Below, piece by piece: positions 47,979 through 60,410 of a DNA stretch of 64,000 bases. This DNA comes from Amoebophrya sp. A120 (lineage: Eukaryota; Protista; Dinoflagellata), in contig CAJINV010000002.1 in NCBI GenBank assembly GCA_905178155.1, positions 1,857,216-1,921,215 on the forward strand, read 5' to 3'. The notes beneath the pieces were generated by a model that saw only the letters and a program-made list of their open reading frames with translations, made no database searches and was not told the origin of the DNA. Both the position numbers and the translations under genes were made by a program. Each line of letters begins with the position of its first letter. Position 1 is the stretch's first letter.

Positions 47979-50900
47979 TCACACTGCGACATGAAGTTCT
48001 TGGACAGCAGACGAGCTTTGGTCCTCCTCTCCGGCAAGAGAAAAACTTGACCTTGTCGCCCGCACACCAGCAGCTGCCCCGTCTTCAAGAGTCCGCTCGT
48101 TCTTCCTGTTGTTCTCGACAGCCTCCTCGTTATTTGCAGCAGAACGAGGTAGTTGTTGCGTCTTCTCCTCAGCTACTTGTTCGCGAGACGGTTGTACTTC
48201 TTCTTCTTCTTCTTTTTGTCCACCTTGTCGTTCGAGAAAGGAATTCGTCGCCGAACTAAGCACCGCCACGGAATCTACTGTACCACTTTCGCCACAGCAA
48301 CCGGGTGTTGCGTCCTTTTCCTCGTAGGTGGTGGCTTCGTTTAGTGAGTTATCCAGTTGTTCCCCTGCTCCGTCATCAGGGGCCCCCGACCCCTCTTGTT
48401 CACCCTGTTGTTCCCCTGCTCCGTCATCAGGGGCCCCCGACCCCTCTTTTTCATCTACGGAGGAGGCGGCTTCTGTTGAAGCTGGACGACTTGGGAGGGG
48501 CCGCTGCACAGAAGTACTAGGCGGCCCCGCTGCGGTAAACCATTGCCACTCGAAATTTCCGTCGGCTTTTATGGAACTCTCAACCGTTACATTCTCAACT
48601 GTTACATGAATTAGAATTTGTGACGCGAGAACTACTAACAGCAAAAGTAAAAGGGGTTGTAGGGGAGAGCTTGTGCTTGCATCTCTCGCATTATTACAAA
48701 TTTGGCACAGAAGATTATCGAGAATTTGTCATGCGAAGTAGCTTGACTTTGTGGCTTAAAATAGCAATTTCGCATGACAAATCACCACGTAGCGGTTGAG
48801 AATGTAACTGATTTGAGAGTCCCATAGCTTTCGCAGTAACTTGCACGTACAGTTGCGCAGTGTCAAAGGCTATGAAATGCAAACATGTCTGGGTCTGGAA
48901 AAATGCAAACTTGTCATGCATATTTTGCATGCCCCACGAGGTCTGCAATGCAGGACCTAGCATGACAGGTTCTGCGAAGTCTCTATCAACATGTCCATCC
49001 TGCATGACAAACTGCCGCTAAACTTGTTCAAAAGTGGACGCCTTCTGGTAATCATGCAACACAAATTTCTGTACTATCCAGACTCAGCATGACAAGTTGC
49101 ATCCTTCCAGATCCAGACCCAGACATTTTGGCAATGCATAAAGTCGGTCTCCAGGCTGATGCCGTGGACTGTCTTTCCTATGCAAAGAACAAACTGTTTC
49201 ACTCCTGTAAACTTGTCACGCAGAGAACGAAACACCAAAGTGTTTGTCTTGCTACACCTGCAACCCAGTGGATTTGTAAGCGTGTCTTCCCTTGGGAAAC
49301 GCGCATGGCAAATTTTCTGTGTCATGTGTAGCAAACTTGTAATGCAGATCTTGCAAAACCATCATTCACAGTGAAACAGTTTTTTCTTGCGATATTTCCG
49401 GTTTCCCAGTCAACGTCAACGGGGATATCCTTGGCGTCGTCGGGCGAAAACAAGGACACAAGTTTCGCCCTGGCCTATGACAACGAAAAATAATTCTCCC
49501 TCCCCATATTGAAACGCTGATTTGCGTGTTTGAGAAAATAAGGGCAGGGCTCCCCCGTGATTTGTGTATTTTGAAACGCTGATTTGTGTAGCATGATTTG
49601 CGAAGATCACCACGTTGTCATGCTAGAAGCGAAGAGATGTGGCCTTTAGCGCTGGCTGGCATCGGAAAGCGTTGCGCTTTGCGCATGAGAGGAAGCAACA
49701 CAACTGGAGGCGGGAAACAGCATGACAAATTCCCTGCAAGAAACGAGGCCGCACATGCGTCTCTGGGGCTACTTCTTTATTGTGGACGGAAATCCGGCAT
49801 CACAAATTTTCTTTTCAATATGGGGAGGGCGGATTTTTCCTCATGATAAGAAGCTATCCTCCCATTTCGCCAGGCATCCGAACTCGGCGGACCTGGGAAT
49901 GTCTTTCTCGTATGGCCCGAAGCAGAACTGCTCAAATCGCCCCCCATTCGGGCCGAATGGTTCGTGTCGAATCTCATCGTAACTGGGACTGGTTTCTGTA
50001 TTAGCTTCGTACAGAACGTGCACCCACTTTCGGTCGTCCGGCCGCCGCTTGGTCAGCAGGCCGTGGTGTTTATCCAACGCACCCGGCGGGTTCGAGCAAA
50101 ATTCATTCGTGACCGGACCCATGTCTGTGATGGGTGTCAATTCGTCCGGGCACGGTTGTTTCGGGTTTCCGCCCTCGAGAAAGGTAGAGGTCAGATGAAC
50201 TTGATGTTCTCTGTGCTGCGGAACTACAACCTCCTCCGCGCCGTCTTTTAGTGGACGACCTCGTCCTCTTATCCAGGAAAAAAACTGTGTACGTGTAACT
50301 TTCTTGGGGAAGTAGCATCACAAGTTTGCTCTGCATGACACAGAAAACCTGTCATGCGTAGCTAGTACGTGAAAATACGTACGAAAAGAGCCTGTGATGA
50401 ATGTCCAGCATGACAGGTGTCAGTGTCTTGCATCGTCTGCAACACAAAGTTACACTTACACAGTTTTTTTCTTGGATACCTCTTTCGTGCTCGTTGGGGT
50501 CCATGATCTCTTGGAGCATGGCCACCGCGTTCGAGTCCTCTTTTGCTGATCCGGGGTCACAACATTCAGGCGCAGCCGCCTTCTCCTGGTATGTGCGCTA
50601 TGCACTGCAAATATGTAATCTGGATGTGGAAGACGAAGAGTCCGAGTTTGTCATGCTAAATCTGATCGATACAAAAATCTGTATTGCGTGAGGACCAGCA
50701 AATAAAGTCCTCACTTTTGGTTAATACCAGAAGGCCGCGGCAGTTGCAGTTCTCATGCGGATTCAGCATTGCGTAGCCTTCTCAAAACTTGTGATGCTAG
50801 AGCCCGCATTCCAGACCTTCTGGGTCATACAAAATATGCATGACAATGACAAACCTGGCAATCTTCCAGACAACATCCAGGCATATTTGCGGTTGATACG

Positions 50901-53900
50901 CGCAGCTCCTTTTCTAGCAGATCTTCTTGCTCACCGTCACCGCTGCTGCCGTGCAGCGGTGAGTGGTCTTCTTGTTGCTCTGAAGGAGTACTTATCCTGT
51001 GCAAAAGTATCGTACTCGTACTAGTCGCAGTCATGCAAGACAAATTTCTTTTTCAAGCTAAATCAGCATGATAAATTCCATTTGTCATGCTGAGCTAATT
51101 TGTAGTATTGCAATACTACGAGTACGATCCTTTTGCAGTTCATAGTACTACCTTCTGGCCTCGCTGTTCGAGAAGGCGACGGGCCGCGCTGTCCACTGCG
51201 AGGCAGTTCTTCCTCACCTGCTAACAAGGACCGCTCGGACGAAGAAGAAGATGGCCCGCCGGAGGCCGTAAACCACTTCCACCGAAACTGACCGTCTTGG
51301 AGCGCTTCGATTTGGACATAGAGCTGCGACGTGTCGAAGGCAGTCGTGGACGGGATGCCGTCAAGTACGAGGGGGTGGTCAAAGCTCCCGTGCCATTTGT
51401 CCTCACTCCATTCGATCCAATGCCCAAATAGGGGCCGGCGGACCCCTACTTCCTCCAAACAATCATGTTCCGCTGATTCCCTGAGGTTACTGTACGGACC
51501 AAAGCAGTACATCTGGTGGCGCCCTTCTTTCGCCCCGTCCTTCTTGTCGGAAACGGAGGGGATTTCGTGCTGGTTGCGGTACACGTGGACGGACCGCTCC
51601 TTGTTTTTCTGGTCAAACTTGCCCAGCAGCCCCACGATGTCCGCTCTCGCCGGCGTGCACGTTCTGGCGGTCAGCGTGGGCACATCGGTTATCTCCGTGA
51701 AGTCTTTCGAACAGGCGCCGGGTCGTCCACCCGCGAGTTTATTCTTCCTGTTGAGGTTCTTCATTATTGAGGTCCGCTGATGACGATGTTTTTTTCCTTG
51801 ATGTCCCGCCTCCAGAAAAGTGGACGTGGAGCTACTGTTTTTATTGTTCATCTTGGTCGTGTCCATGAAAATATCCTTCTTCGTCGTGTTCTTAGCGTTA
51901 GCAAAAGCAATTCGGCTAGTGCTTTTTGTACTGCTAGTCCTCGATGTAGTTCCTGTTCCGGCGGTTCTTGCATCCTCTTCTTGTTGCTCCTCTTCTTCTT
52001 CTCCTCGAGCAGGCGCCGTTCCGTGACTCGTCCTCCCACTGCGTCGGCTACTACTTGTACTTCTGATATGTTTACGTCGTGCTCGTGGAGATGAACTTCT
52101 GCCAGAACAATTATGCTCGCTTTCAAGATGTCCTTCGGCCGCGCCGTGTTCCTCCGGCAGCAGCAGCTGCTGCAGCTGCTCCTGCTGCGCGAAGGAACTA
52201 CTACTGCTGCTACTTCCCCCCGGCGCGGCGATCGCGGAGCTAGTGTCGCCACAGCACCCGGGCTCCGAAGCCTTCGCATCGTACACGACGTCCTCGTCGG
52301 GGGGTTTAGAAGTGGTACTGCTAGAAGTTGGGGGGCCCAGCGTAGATGTAGCGTTTGTGTTAGAAGTTGTGTTCGGTAGTTCAGCACTGAACAAGGTCTG
52401 GTTCGTGCCAGCGGTGGCCCCGTCCGTGCCGTCGGGGGCGTTCTCTCCCTATGAAGTGCAAAAGCATCGCTGCGATGCTTTCGTATAAATGCATTACAAA
52501 TTTTCTCAGCATGAGAAATAAAATTTGTAATGCGGATTTACCTTAAGGTAAAGATTTGTAATGCATGACTGCAATACGAATACGATGCTTTTGCACAGGA
52601 TACTTCCTCCTGGGAGGAGGAGACGGTCTCCTCCTCGTCCCCTTGGAACCAGGTCACTTTGAATATCGAAAGGGAAAATCCCCCCTCCCCATATTGAAAC
52701 GGAAATTTCTGTTGCTGGATTTGTGTACACAAATCAGCTTTGTATTGCAGGAAGGCATTGCGGCCACTTCCCCAGGCTAGGGAGGGGTGTATCGGTCTAG
52801 TTGTTCAGCATGGAAAGTTGCTCACTTAAGCTCATCATCTGTAGGCCCAACAGCACGACAAATCGCTTCCACAATGGGGGCGAAGCTTCTGCCCTTGTCT
52901 CCTTGCAAGACAAATGTGATTTGTGGCCTCAAATCAGCAGCACAAATTTTCGGAAATATGCCTTTTCGATATGGGGAGGGTGACTTTTTCCTTTCAATAT
53001 TGAATTTTGTGTAGTCTTCCGCCGCGGCTTCGATCTGGATGTAGTAAGGCTCAGCAATACCGTTTTCCACCTGGACGGCTCCAGGCAAAAGTTGAAAGTC
53101 AGGATCCCATGACATATCAGCCCTACGGCACACGTACTCCTCTCCGCTCGGATTCCGAATTGCGTAGCTATCCGCGGGGGGCTGCAGGCCGAAGCAGAAG
53201 GAGTCCACCGTCCTGTCGGCGTTTTTCGGGTCATCTGCCAGCTCGGCTTGCTTGTCTGCCCGGATCACGTGGACTGCATTTGTTCCTGCTTCACCGCCTT
53301 CTTGCAAAGTTGGGTCGGCGACCCGGCTTCTAAACTTCCCCAACAAACCACCCGCACAAGATACTTCTAAATCCACAAAGCCAGAAATCGGTTTTTTGCC
53401 GGTGCACTTCGTGCCCGCCTGGCAGTTTCCGCACGAGGCTGTTGTTCTTCGTGTTTTTCCTTCAAGATGCTTTTGCTTGTCCATGATCTCCAGCGCCTCG
53501 CTGATAGTGGTCTGATGTTTAATATTCTGTTCCACAAACGAGCTCGACACTTCCCCCTTCGCCACGGTGCCCGCGCCGGTGTCGCAGCACCCAGGTGATT
53601 GCTCTTTTTCCTTATACGCCACAGGGCCTTGCCCTTGTCCTACTTCGCTGGAACTATCCAGCTTGTTTTCAACAAGACCGTCTTGGTCTTGTTCCTCCTT
53701 CTGAGCCTCAGAGTTGCCTCCAAACTTTGGCGGTTCCATGGCCGCGGGCGTCGTGGTGGATGTCGTCGACGTCGACAACGACTCGGTAGAAGTTTGCGTG
53801 CCCTCAGCAGGAGGTGCATCCTCGTCGCCATTGGTCGTTTGTTCAGGGTCAATGCTGTTCCCCTCGCCAGTGTCGCCGTTTGATGATGTTCCGCTCTGCA

Positions 53901-55095
53901 GTCCTATCGGCGTCGGAGTTTCGGCTCCTACAACTACCTCCTCTGTACTGTCCATGACCGGTAGTTCGTAGCATCTATTGTTAGGATTTCCCGGGCAAGT
54001 TCCGTCGAAAAACCACTGCGCGTTGAACTTTGTGTCGTCGTGCGGGTCGGCGCTGACCTGGAGGTAGATGCCGCGGTTCAGGTTGCCGAGTTGTTCTTGC
54101 TGCGTTATTGCTGCTCGGACGAGGTGAGTATTCGCAAAAGGTGTCGGGTTGGACCAGTAGGCGGGATAATGCCACGCGTTGGCTACGTCCGCACTGCCCT
54201 CGTAGCAGACGTAAGTTTCGTGTTCAGGACCGTCGGTAGCGATCTGGTAGTCGGCGCCCGTTCCGAAACACTTGGCGTCTACAAACTCATCGGCGTTCCA
54301 CTGTGTTCTGTCGGACCAGTCGTACGGATTATAGGTTTGTTTCTTGTCCGAGTTCCATCCTCTTTGCAGGATGTGCACGTTCCAGTTCCGGTCCACGCTG
54401 CTCGTGTAGGGACAAGCATTCACCTTTGGGTGATACAGGGAGCTCAACTTGTTCAGATCCTTTCCGAAAACCCCGCCTGCACAGGTAATCACCTCTATCG
54501 GTACGTCCGGAATCGGAACAAAGCCCCGAGAGCTGCATTGCGCGAAACCGGGAGCTTCGTTGACGTTCGCGTCAAAACACGAAGCAGTAGTTGCGGACAA
54601 CACTCGACCACTCTCTTGTCGTTCCCGGGCTTCCTCTTGGCGTCCTCGAGCCCTAGAAGTACTTGTGCTCCCGGTGCGGATCTTCTTGCCCGCCCTACTC
54701 GAAGTTCTTGAAGATCCTATTTTTCGTGTTCCCTCTCTATTGCGCGCTGCGCCCTGCTGCGCAGCGGTTTTACTGTCGAGGAGCGTTCGTGCGGCCGCAG
54801 CGAAGGTGGAGGTGGACCACAACGGCGGGATGAACCACAGATGAAGAGGCTGCAGACTGCGAGTACTGCTTGTGTCGGAGTAGAGAGCCGCCGCGAGCAG
54901 GAGCAGGAAGACCGAGTGGGCCGACAACCCGCGGAAAGAGGATGAGGATGAGGTTGTGGACGACATGTTGTTCATGGTTCTCCGAAGAAGCTGTTGCTTG
55001 ACTAGTACTTCTCTTGGGTGTCGTTCCCGATAGAAATACTTATCCGCTCCTTGCTCAGTCCGTGCCGCAGCCTCTAAGCCCTCTCTGATGGGCAT
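47979..55095 (-). CDS. Putative secreted polyprotein with 4 copies of a Cys-containing domain; 10 exons
   Basis: Signal-like VFLLLLAAALY; repeated C..G..K..VH..CFG..C..Y.Q..A..F..WF domain; eight of nine introner junctions join in frame (TKF|KVTWF, EE|ENAP, GS|TPSE, LR|AYQEK, ER|GRGR, TG|KTV, F|DTAQLY, KA|DGNF); the junction at 49476-49848 is unresolved. Confidence 0.75.
48356..48448. repeat. 42-bp in-frame duplication (period 51)
   Basis: Encodes EGSGAPDDGAGEQ twice. Confidence 0.9.
48570..48826. mobile_element. Introner family C
   Basis: TATGGAACTCTCAA ... TTGAGAGTCCCATA; direct repeat GCTTT. Confidence 0.9.
48871..49140. mobile_element. Introner family B
   Basis: Family B TIRs; direct repeat AAGGC/AAGTC. 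Confidence 0.9.
49179..49394. mobile_element. Introner family E
   Basis: Ends GTGAAACAGTTTTTTCTTGCGATA; direct repeat TTTCC. Confidence 0.9.
49476..49848. mobile_element. Introner family D, divergent
   Basis: CCCTCCCCATATTGAAA / TTTCAATATGGGGAGGG inverted repeats; direct repeat not recognisable. Confidence 0.75.
50270..50478. mobile_element. Introner family E
   Basis: TATCCAGGAAAAAAACTGTG ... CACAGTTTTTTTCTTGGATA; direct repeat CCTCT. Confidence 0.9.
50599..50898. mobile_element. Introner family B, divergent
   Basis: Family B-like TIRs; direct repeat TGCGC/CGCGC. Confidence 0.85.
50993..51144. mobile_element. Introner family A
   Basis: Family A TIRs; direct repeat GTACT. Confidence 0.9.
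52450..52602. mobile_element. Introner family A
   Basis: Family A TIRs; direct repeat CTCCC/CTTCC. Confidence 0.9.
52664..52999. mobile_element. Introner family D
   Basis: Family D TIRs; direct repeat TTGAA. Confidence 0.9.
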
Positions 55096-56197
55096 GTCCT
55101 CCTTGCAGCGGGGGTAGCATTGCCGAAATGCGTCTTGGTTGTCGAGGGGGACATTTATCTTTCACGCACCAACTTCGAGGAACAACATAGCTGCGCAACA
55201 GTGATAGATCGTAGAGCAGTAGCGCTATCTTGTGGAAAATGGGGGGAAAAAATATCTAATTTCTCGTTTGTGCGACGACAAAAAAATAAGTAGGAAATGA
55301 TGTGTAGTTGGTAATCGGGGGGGGGGTTAGATGAATGTAATGTGGGTCAAACGTGAATAACAGCCTGCGGAAGAAAGGAATTGTATGCACTTCGGATAGC
55401 GTAGAGCGACAGGAGCAGAGGCAGAAAGAGAAACCTTCCCCCATGGGTTGTAACAAAGTACGAGTCACGTTTGGTCGACAACCCAGCACGACTTTTGGTG
55501 CCACGAACGAAAAACTTGTTCCGACGTTTGGTACACCAGCAGCCATCAGCTGTTCAAGTACTTGTTGCGTTGAGCAAGCTACGTTTTCCCACTACACGAG
55601 AACGAAATCACGACGAATTGAAGTTTGAAATTGTGTGTGTGTAAAGCCGCGCTGGTAGTTCTTGGGCGTAAAGATACAGCAGGACGAAATAAAAACAGAC
55701 AGCGGTTCTACTTTTGCACCATGGACGAATCTTCTGAATTCAAAATCAAGACGAATGCCGACGTACTTACAGAAAAAGAGGGAAGTTCTTACTTACTTAT
55801 ACTTCTGCACCAACCGATCATGTTGTACAACGTTACGACATTGACGTGGAAAAGCGCGGACGAACAAACGAGAGGAATTGATTGTTGATCATGCTTTGTA
55901 CGTAGCTTCAATATTGAGATACGGACGCAAGGGCAAGCGGTAAACGGTTTGTCTTTGTGCATACAAACGACAAAAGGGGGCGGGGGGGGGTATAAGAAAA
56001 GCAAAAGAGTGCGTCGTTTCTGTTTGCAAGAAAAAGAAGTGAAGAAAACATACTTCAAAAATGGAAACTTTAACAAAGTAACTACATTTATTCCAACGCA
56101 AGCGTGGCAGGCCGACATTGCCATACTCTCAGGGCTTGCGTACTTGTACATCAAGAGCCTCTACTTCCATCTTGTGCGATACTTTCTTGTTCCGTGC

Positions 56198-59100
56198 TTA
56201 AACTGCAACGAGATATGCAGCATCCTGAGCGTCCTCCCTATCCAATTCCACAAAAGCTGAATCGAGCATCCTCGGGGGCGCCTCGTCCTTTCCCCCAGCC
56301 GAATCGCCGTCTTTGCCGCAACACACTTCCCCAAAAATGCCGTCGTCATCGGCCACGATTTTCTTCGCAAATTTTTCCGGTGCAGAATCTTCGCCCCCCT
56401 TCGTCCACCAACTAGCAACGAATTTCGTCTCATCACTTTCGTCCGCAACGATCTCCACGTAGGTGGTTGCGGGAACGCTGCCCGTCTCCGCTTCTTCGGC
56501 CGAAACCCACTGTTTTACCCCCTCCGCCTGTGCGAAGGTTAAATTTCCCTGCCAATTTGCCGCGTCCCAATACCCTTCTTTGGTTCCACTCGAAGTACTG
56601 TGCTCCCCGCCTAGAAAGCACGCGTACTGCAGCGCCGGCGTGGAGGTTGTTGTATCATTTTTGGTAATTATTTCCTCGTCGGCGATTTTCATCTCCCCAT
56701 GGCCGAAGCAGAACGCCGCGGCAAATTCGTTGGCGTTGCCTGGTTGTGTTTTCCCGTCCGGGCCGTGCTGCAGTATATGAACCATGTAGTTTTCCAAGCC
56801 CCCCGTTTCCCCATAATCGCGGGGCTTCGCGAGGACCCCGCCCGAGCAGGTGATGGTCTCTTCCGCGATGCCGGGAATCCGCTCGTGGCCCCGTGTGCTG
56901 CACTCCCCGGTCCCGCTTTTCAACAGCTTATTTCCTTCTTCGCCCCTCGGCTCATCTCCTGCTGCCTCCGGCGGTGTTCGCAGGAGATGATCTTCTGATG
57001 TCTGCGTTCTTTGCGGTACTGAGAGGAAAAATCCCCCCTTCCCATATCGAAAAGGCATGCTTCCGAAGATTTGTCTTGCTGATTTGAATCCACAAATCCC
57101 GTCCGTCTTGCAAGAAGACAAATGCAGAGGCTTCCCTGCCATTACGGGAACGGTTTGGCATGCTGTCGGGCCTAGAGGACAGCCGTTTGCCATGCTGAAC
57201 AACTAGAGGACCCATACGCCCCTACCTAGCCTGGGGATCTGGCCGCAGTGCCTCTCTGCAATACAAATCGGATTTGTGTACACAAATCCAGCATCAGAAA
57301 TTCTGTTTTGATATGGGGCGGGGGGATTTTTCCTTTCGATATGCGGGCGGCCCCCGTCTCTCGGGTCGCGCCGGGACCCGCCGCCGCGCACGGGATCATG
57401 TTATCCTGAGTAAAAACGTCCCCACACCAGAGTTGTCATGCAAATCTGCATGCCACAAAGGTTTGTCATGCGGAGCGCCATGAGAGGCGTTTTCTAGTCG
57501 TGTTTTGGAATTTGTGATGCTATAATCTGCATGATATACTAGATCTGTGTTGCTGCTGAACTACCTAAACAGGATTACACTACGAGGAGAAACTTGTCAT
57601 GCCAAATGACCCAAGCTGGCTGATTTGTCTAGCAGATTTCCCATCTTGACTCTGGTGTGGGGACGTTTTTACATTTGATACATGTTGTTGTGGATTTAAT
57701 ATTCCTGCGAAGATATCTTTTACTTCATCACGGGCGACATCATTCTTTCCCTCCTGAAAGACGACGTCGGTGACCAGGCGCTTTTCATCCTCCGCCGGGT
57801 GGTTCCTCCTCCTACCTACCATGGCCAGTATTTTCGCCTAGTTTCTGCTCTATTTCCAAAAAAGCAGCTGCGGCCGCAGCCGCCGACGAGGAGGACTGAA
57901 GCGCGGCCGAGGGCGCCCGGGTCACAGCTTGTTCGGCACTTCCGCAACACTGGTCCCCCTGCTCCTTCTCATCCTCATACAAATCCTCACCAGCGTCCTC
58001 GCCCGTCCACCAGGTTGCTACGAATTTCGTCTTATGCATTGCAAATATTATGTCTGGGTCGGGAAGGATGCGAACTTGTGATGGGCCTTTCACAACGCCC
58101 ACAAATCTCTCATGCATAGGCAGCAAACGATAACGATGGTCATTTCCTGTCAGCAAAATGGGGGATCTGTCATGCGGATGAGGCATTGCGGAAGCTTCTC
58201 GAAATCTGTGATGATAGGGCTTCCATGATAGACCTTCTGTCTCATCCAAAAACGACATGACAAACTCGCGCACCCATCCAGACTCAGACACATTTGCATT
58301 TGATACGTCTCGTCATTTGCGTCCGCAACGATCTCCACGTAGCTTATCGCAAGAAAAAACTGTTTCACCGTGAACTTGTGATGCAGAAAATGGAACACAG
58401 AAGTATTTGTCTTGCCACACCTGCAAGGCATTGGAATTTCAAGCGTATTCTCCCTTGGTAAACGCGCACGACAGGTTTTTCGTCTCGTGTGTAGCAAACT
58501 TGTGATGCAGATCTTGCAAAATCATCAAATTGAAACAGTTTTTTCTTTGCATATAGCTCGAAGGAAAAACAGTAGTTGTATTTCCGGCCACCCCCTGCGT
58601 CTCCTGCTCCGCAGATATTGAATTATTACTGATCCAGGCTTCCACGCTCTTTGCCTGCGCGAACGGAATGTCGTCCTGCCAATTCACCGGATCCCAATAG
58701 CCTTCTTCCTCCTATGGCGCTCTCAAACGTTACATTCTCAACTGTTACACGGATTTGTCATGCAAAATGGCCATTAGCCTCCACTTGATCAAGGTGCTTA
58801 GCATGACAAATTATCGAAGGCCTAAACAGCATGATATTACTCTGTGCAAAATCTTTGACGCGATAGCTGCAACGTTGCCACTTGCACTTTCAGTGTTGCT
58901 GTTCTTGCATTACAAATCCATGTAACAATTGAGAATGTAACGTTTGAGAACGCCATACCTCCGGCTTGGTCGTGTGCGCGCCGCCTAGAAAGCAAGAAAA
59001 ATGCGCGGCCGTGGGGTTCACGATCTTGATCTCCCCTTTGCCGAAGCAGTACGCCGCCGCAAACTCGTCCGCGTTGCCTTCCTGTACTTTGTTCCCTTGT

Positions 59101-59911
59101 GCGCCGTTCTGTAACACGTGGACCATGTGATTCTCGTTGGAGCCCTTTTCCCCGTGGTCGTCCCGGGCCTTGGCGATTACCCCACCGGCACAGGTAATCG
59201 TCTCCGCGGGGATACTATGAACTGCAAAAGCATCGTACTAGTAGAAATCGCATGACAAATTCCCTCAGCATGAAAAATGAAATTTGTCATGCTGTTTTGC
59301 CTTGGTGTGGAGATTTGTAATGCATGACTGCGATTACTGCGAGTACGATACTTTTGCACAGGATAGATACCCGGGATGCGCGTGTGGCCGCGGGTAGCGC
59401 AAAAACCCGTCCCGGTTGCCTGTCTCTCGGTAGAATACAGGATTTTTGGCGCGTGCGCGGGGTCAGACAAGGTCGTCGTGTGCTTGTAGTTTGTTTTACT
59501 GGTATGCTGAAATAGTTCCGTACTTCTGCTTGTACTTCTACTTGATGATGTACTTGCGCCGGTTTCACTTCTTTTACCATGCAGAGAAGTTTCTACCGTC
59601 AACTTCTTGTTGGTCGCTTTCTTCATCTTCACTGTTGCAGCTGCTACGACCGTTGTAGAGGTGGTCCCGCTCCAGGTCGCCCTCGTGTCAATCGACGAGT
59701 CGAAAACACTTTTGCACGTCCAGAGCAAACAGCTGAACCCGGACCTGCAGCCGTGTCGCAGTAGCAAGGACGAGGACCGCAGAGAAGTTCTTGTTGGACG
59801 AGACGCCACGGCATCATGACGGCAGAAACTATCCACCCGACGAGAGGCAGCTGCTGGACTCCTCGTACTAAGTGGTTCCCGGCGTCGTGATTTCGGTCGC
59901 GCGGGGGTCAT
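56198..59911 (-). CDS. Paralog of the Cys-domain polyprotein (2 domain copies); 6 introners; unresolved frameshift near 57812-57860
   Basis: Two copies of CxTRGHxRIPGI..ETITC.GGV.AK..MVH.LQ.G..NA.EFAAA.CFG.GE.KI..CFLGG.H..EGYWD..NWQ..YVEIVAD..DETKFVA.WW. Confidence 0.7.
57017..57341. mobile_element. Introner family D
   Basis: Family D TIRs; direct repeat TGCGG. Confidence 0.9.
57402..57680. mobile_element. Introner family F
   Basis: TATCCTGAGTAAAAACGTCCCCACACCAGAGT ... ACTCTGGTGTGGGGACGTTTTTACATTTGATA; direct repeat CATGT. Confidence 0.95.
58033..58305. mobile_element. Introner family B
   Basis: Family B TIRs; direct repeat CGTCT; empty homologous site at about 56421-56463. Confidence 0.95.
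58345..58553. mobile_element. Introner family E
   Basis: TATCGCAAGAAAAAACTGTTTCA ... TGAAACAGTTTTTTCTTTGCATA; direct repeat TAGCT. Confidence 0.9.
58713..58957. mobile_element. Introner family C
   Basis: TATGGCGCTCTCAAACGTTACATTCTCAA ... TTGAGAATGTAACGTTTGAGAACGCCATA; direct repeat CCTCC. Confidence 0.95.
59216..59365. mobile_element. Introner family A
   Basis: Family A TIRs; direct repeat GATAC. Confidence 0.95.
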
Positions 59912-60232
59912 TTTAGCTAGAACAAGTGCACCAGGCGGTAGCGGTTTTACTTATTTCAAATCGGATTAAGATTAACACATTGCTGTCAGGGTAAAATTGA
60001 AAATGGGGGGTAAGGTGAAGCGAAAATGGGTTTTAGCTGCAAATCAGGAAAGACTTTTAGATGAAATTCGTTCTTCAACGGGGGAAAGGAGGACCACGCC
60101 CAAAAAACGCTAATAAACCCCCGTACGGTCGTATTGAAGACGACAGAAGGACGGGAACGAAGACGATTTTTGCACGAACATGCGACAACGGTTGGACGAA
60201 CGACAGGAACGAAGATTTTGATTTTTCCGTGG

Positions 60233-60410
60233 AATTTGCGATGCTAGAAGCAGCACGCTAAGCTAGAGCTGTGATGCTTCTGAACTAGCTAAACGGGACT
60301 ACATTGCGAGGACAAACTTGGCATGCCAAACAACCAGAGCTGGTTGATTTGTCTAGCACATTTCCGTTTCCCACCTTGACTCTGGGGTGGGGACGTTTTT
60401 ACTCAGAATA
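60233..60410. mobile_element. Half introner (family F) in intergenic or UTR DNA
   Basis: Only the right TIR (ACTCTGGGGTGGGGACGTTTTTACTCAGAATA) is present; lies between two copies of a ~62-bp repeat. Confidence 0.75.
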
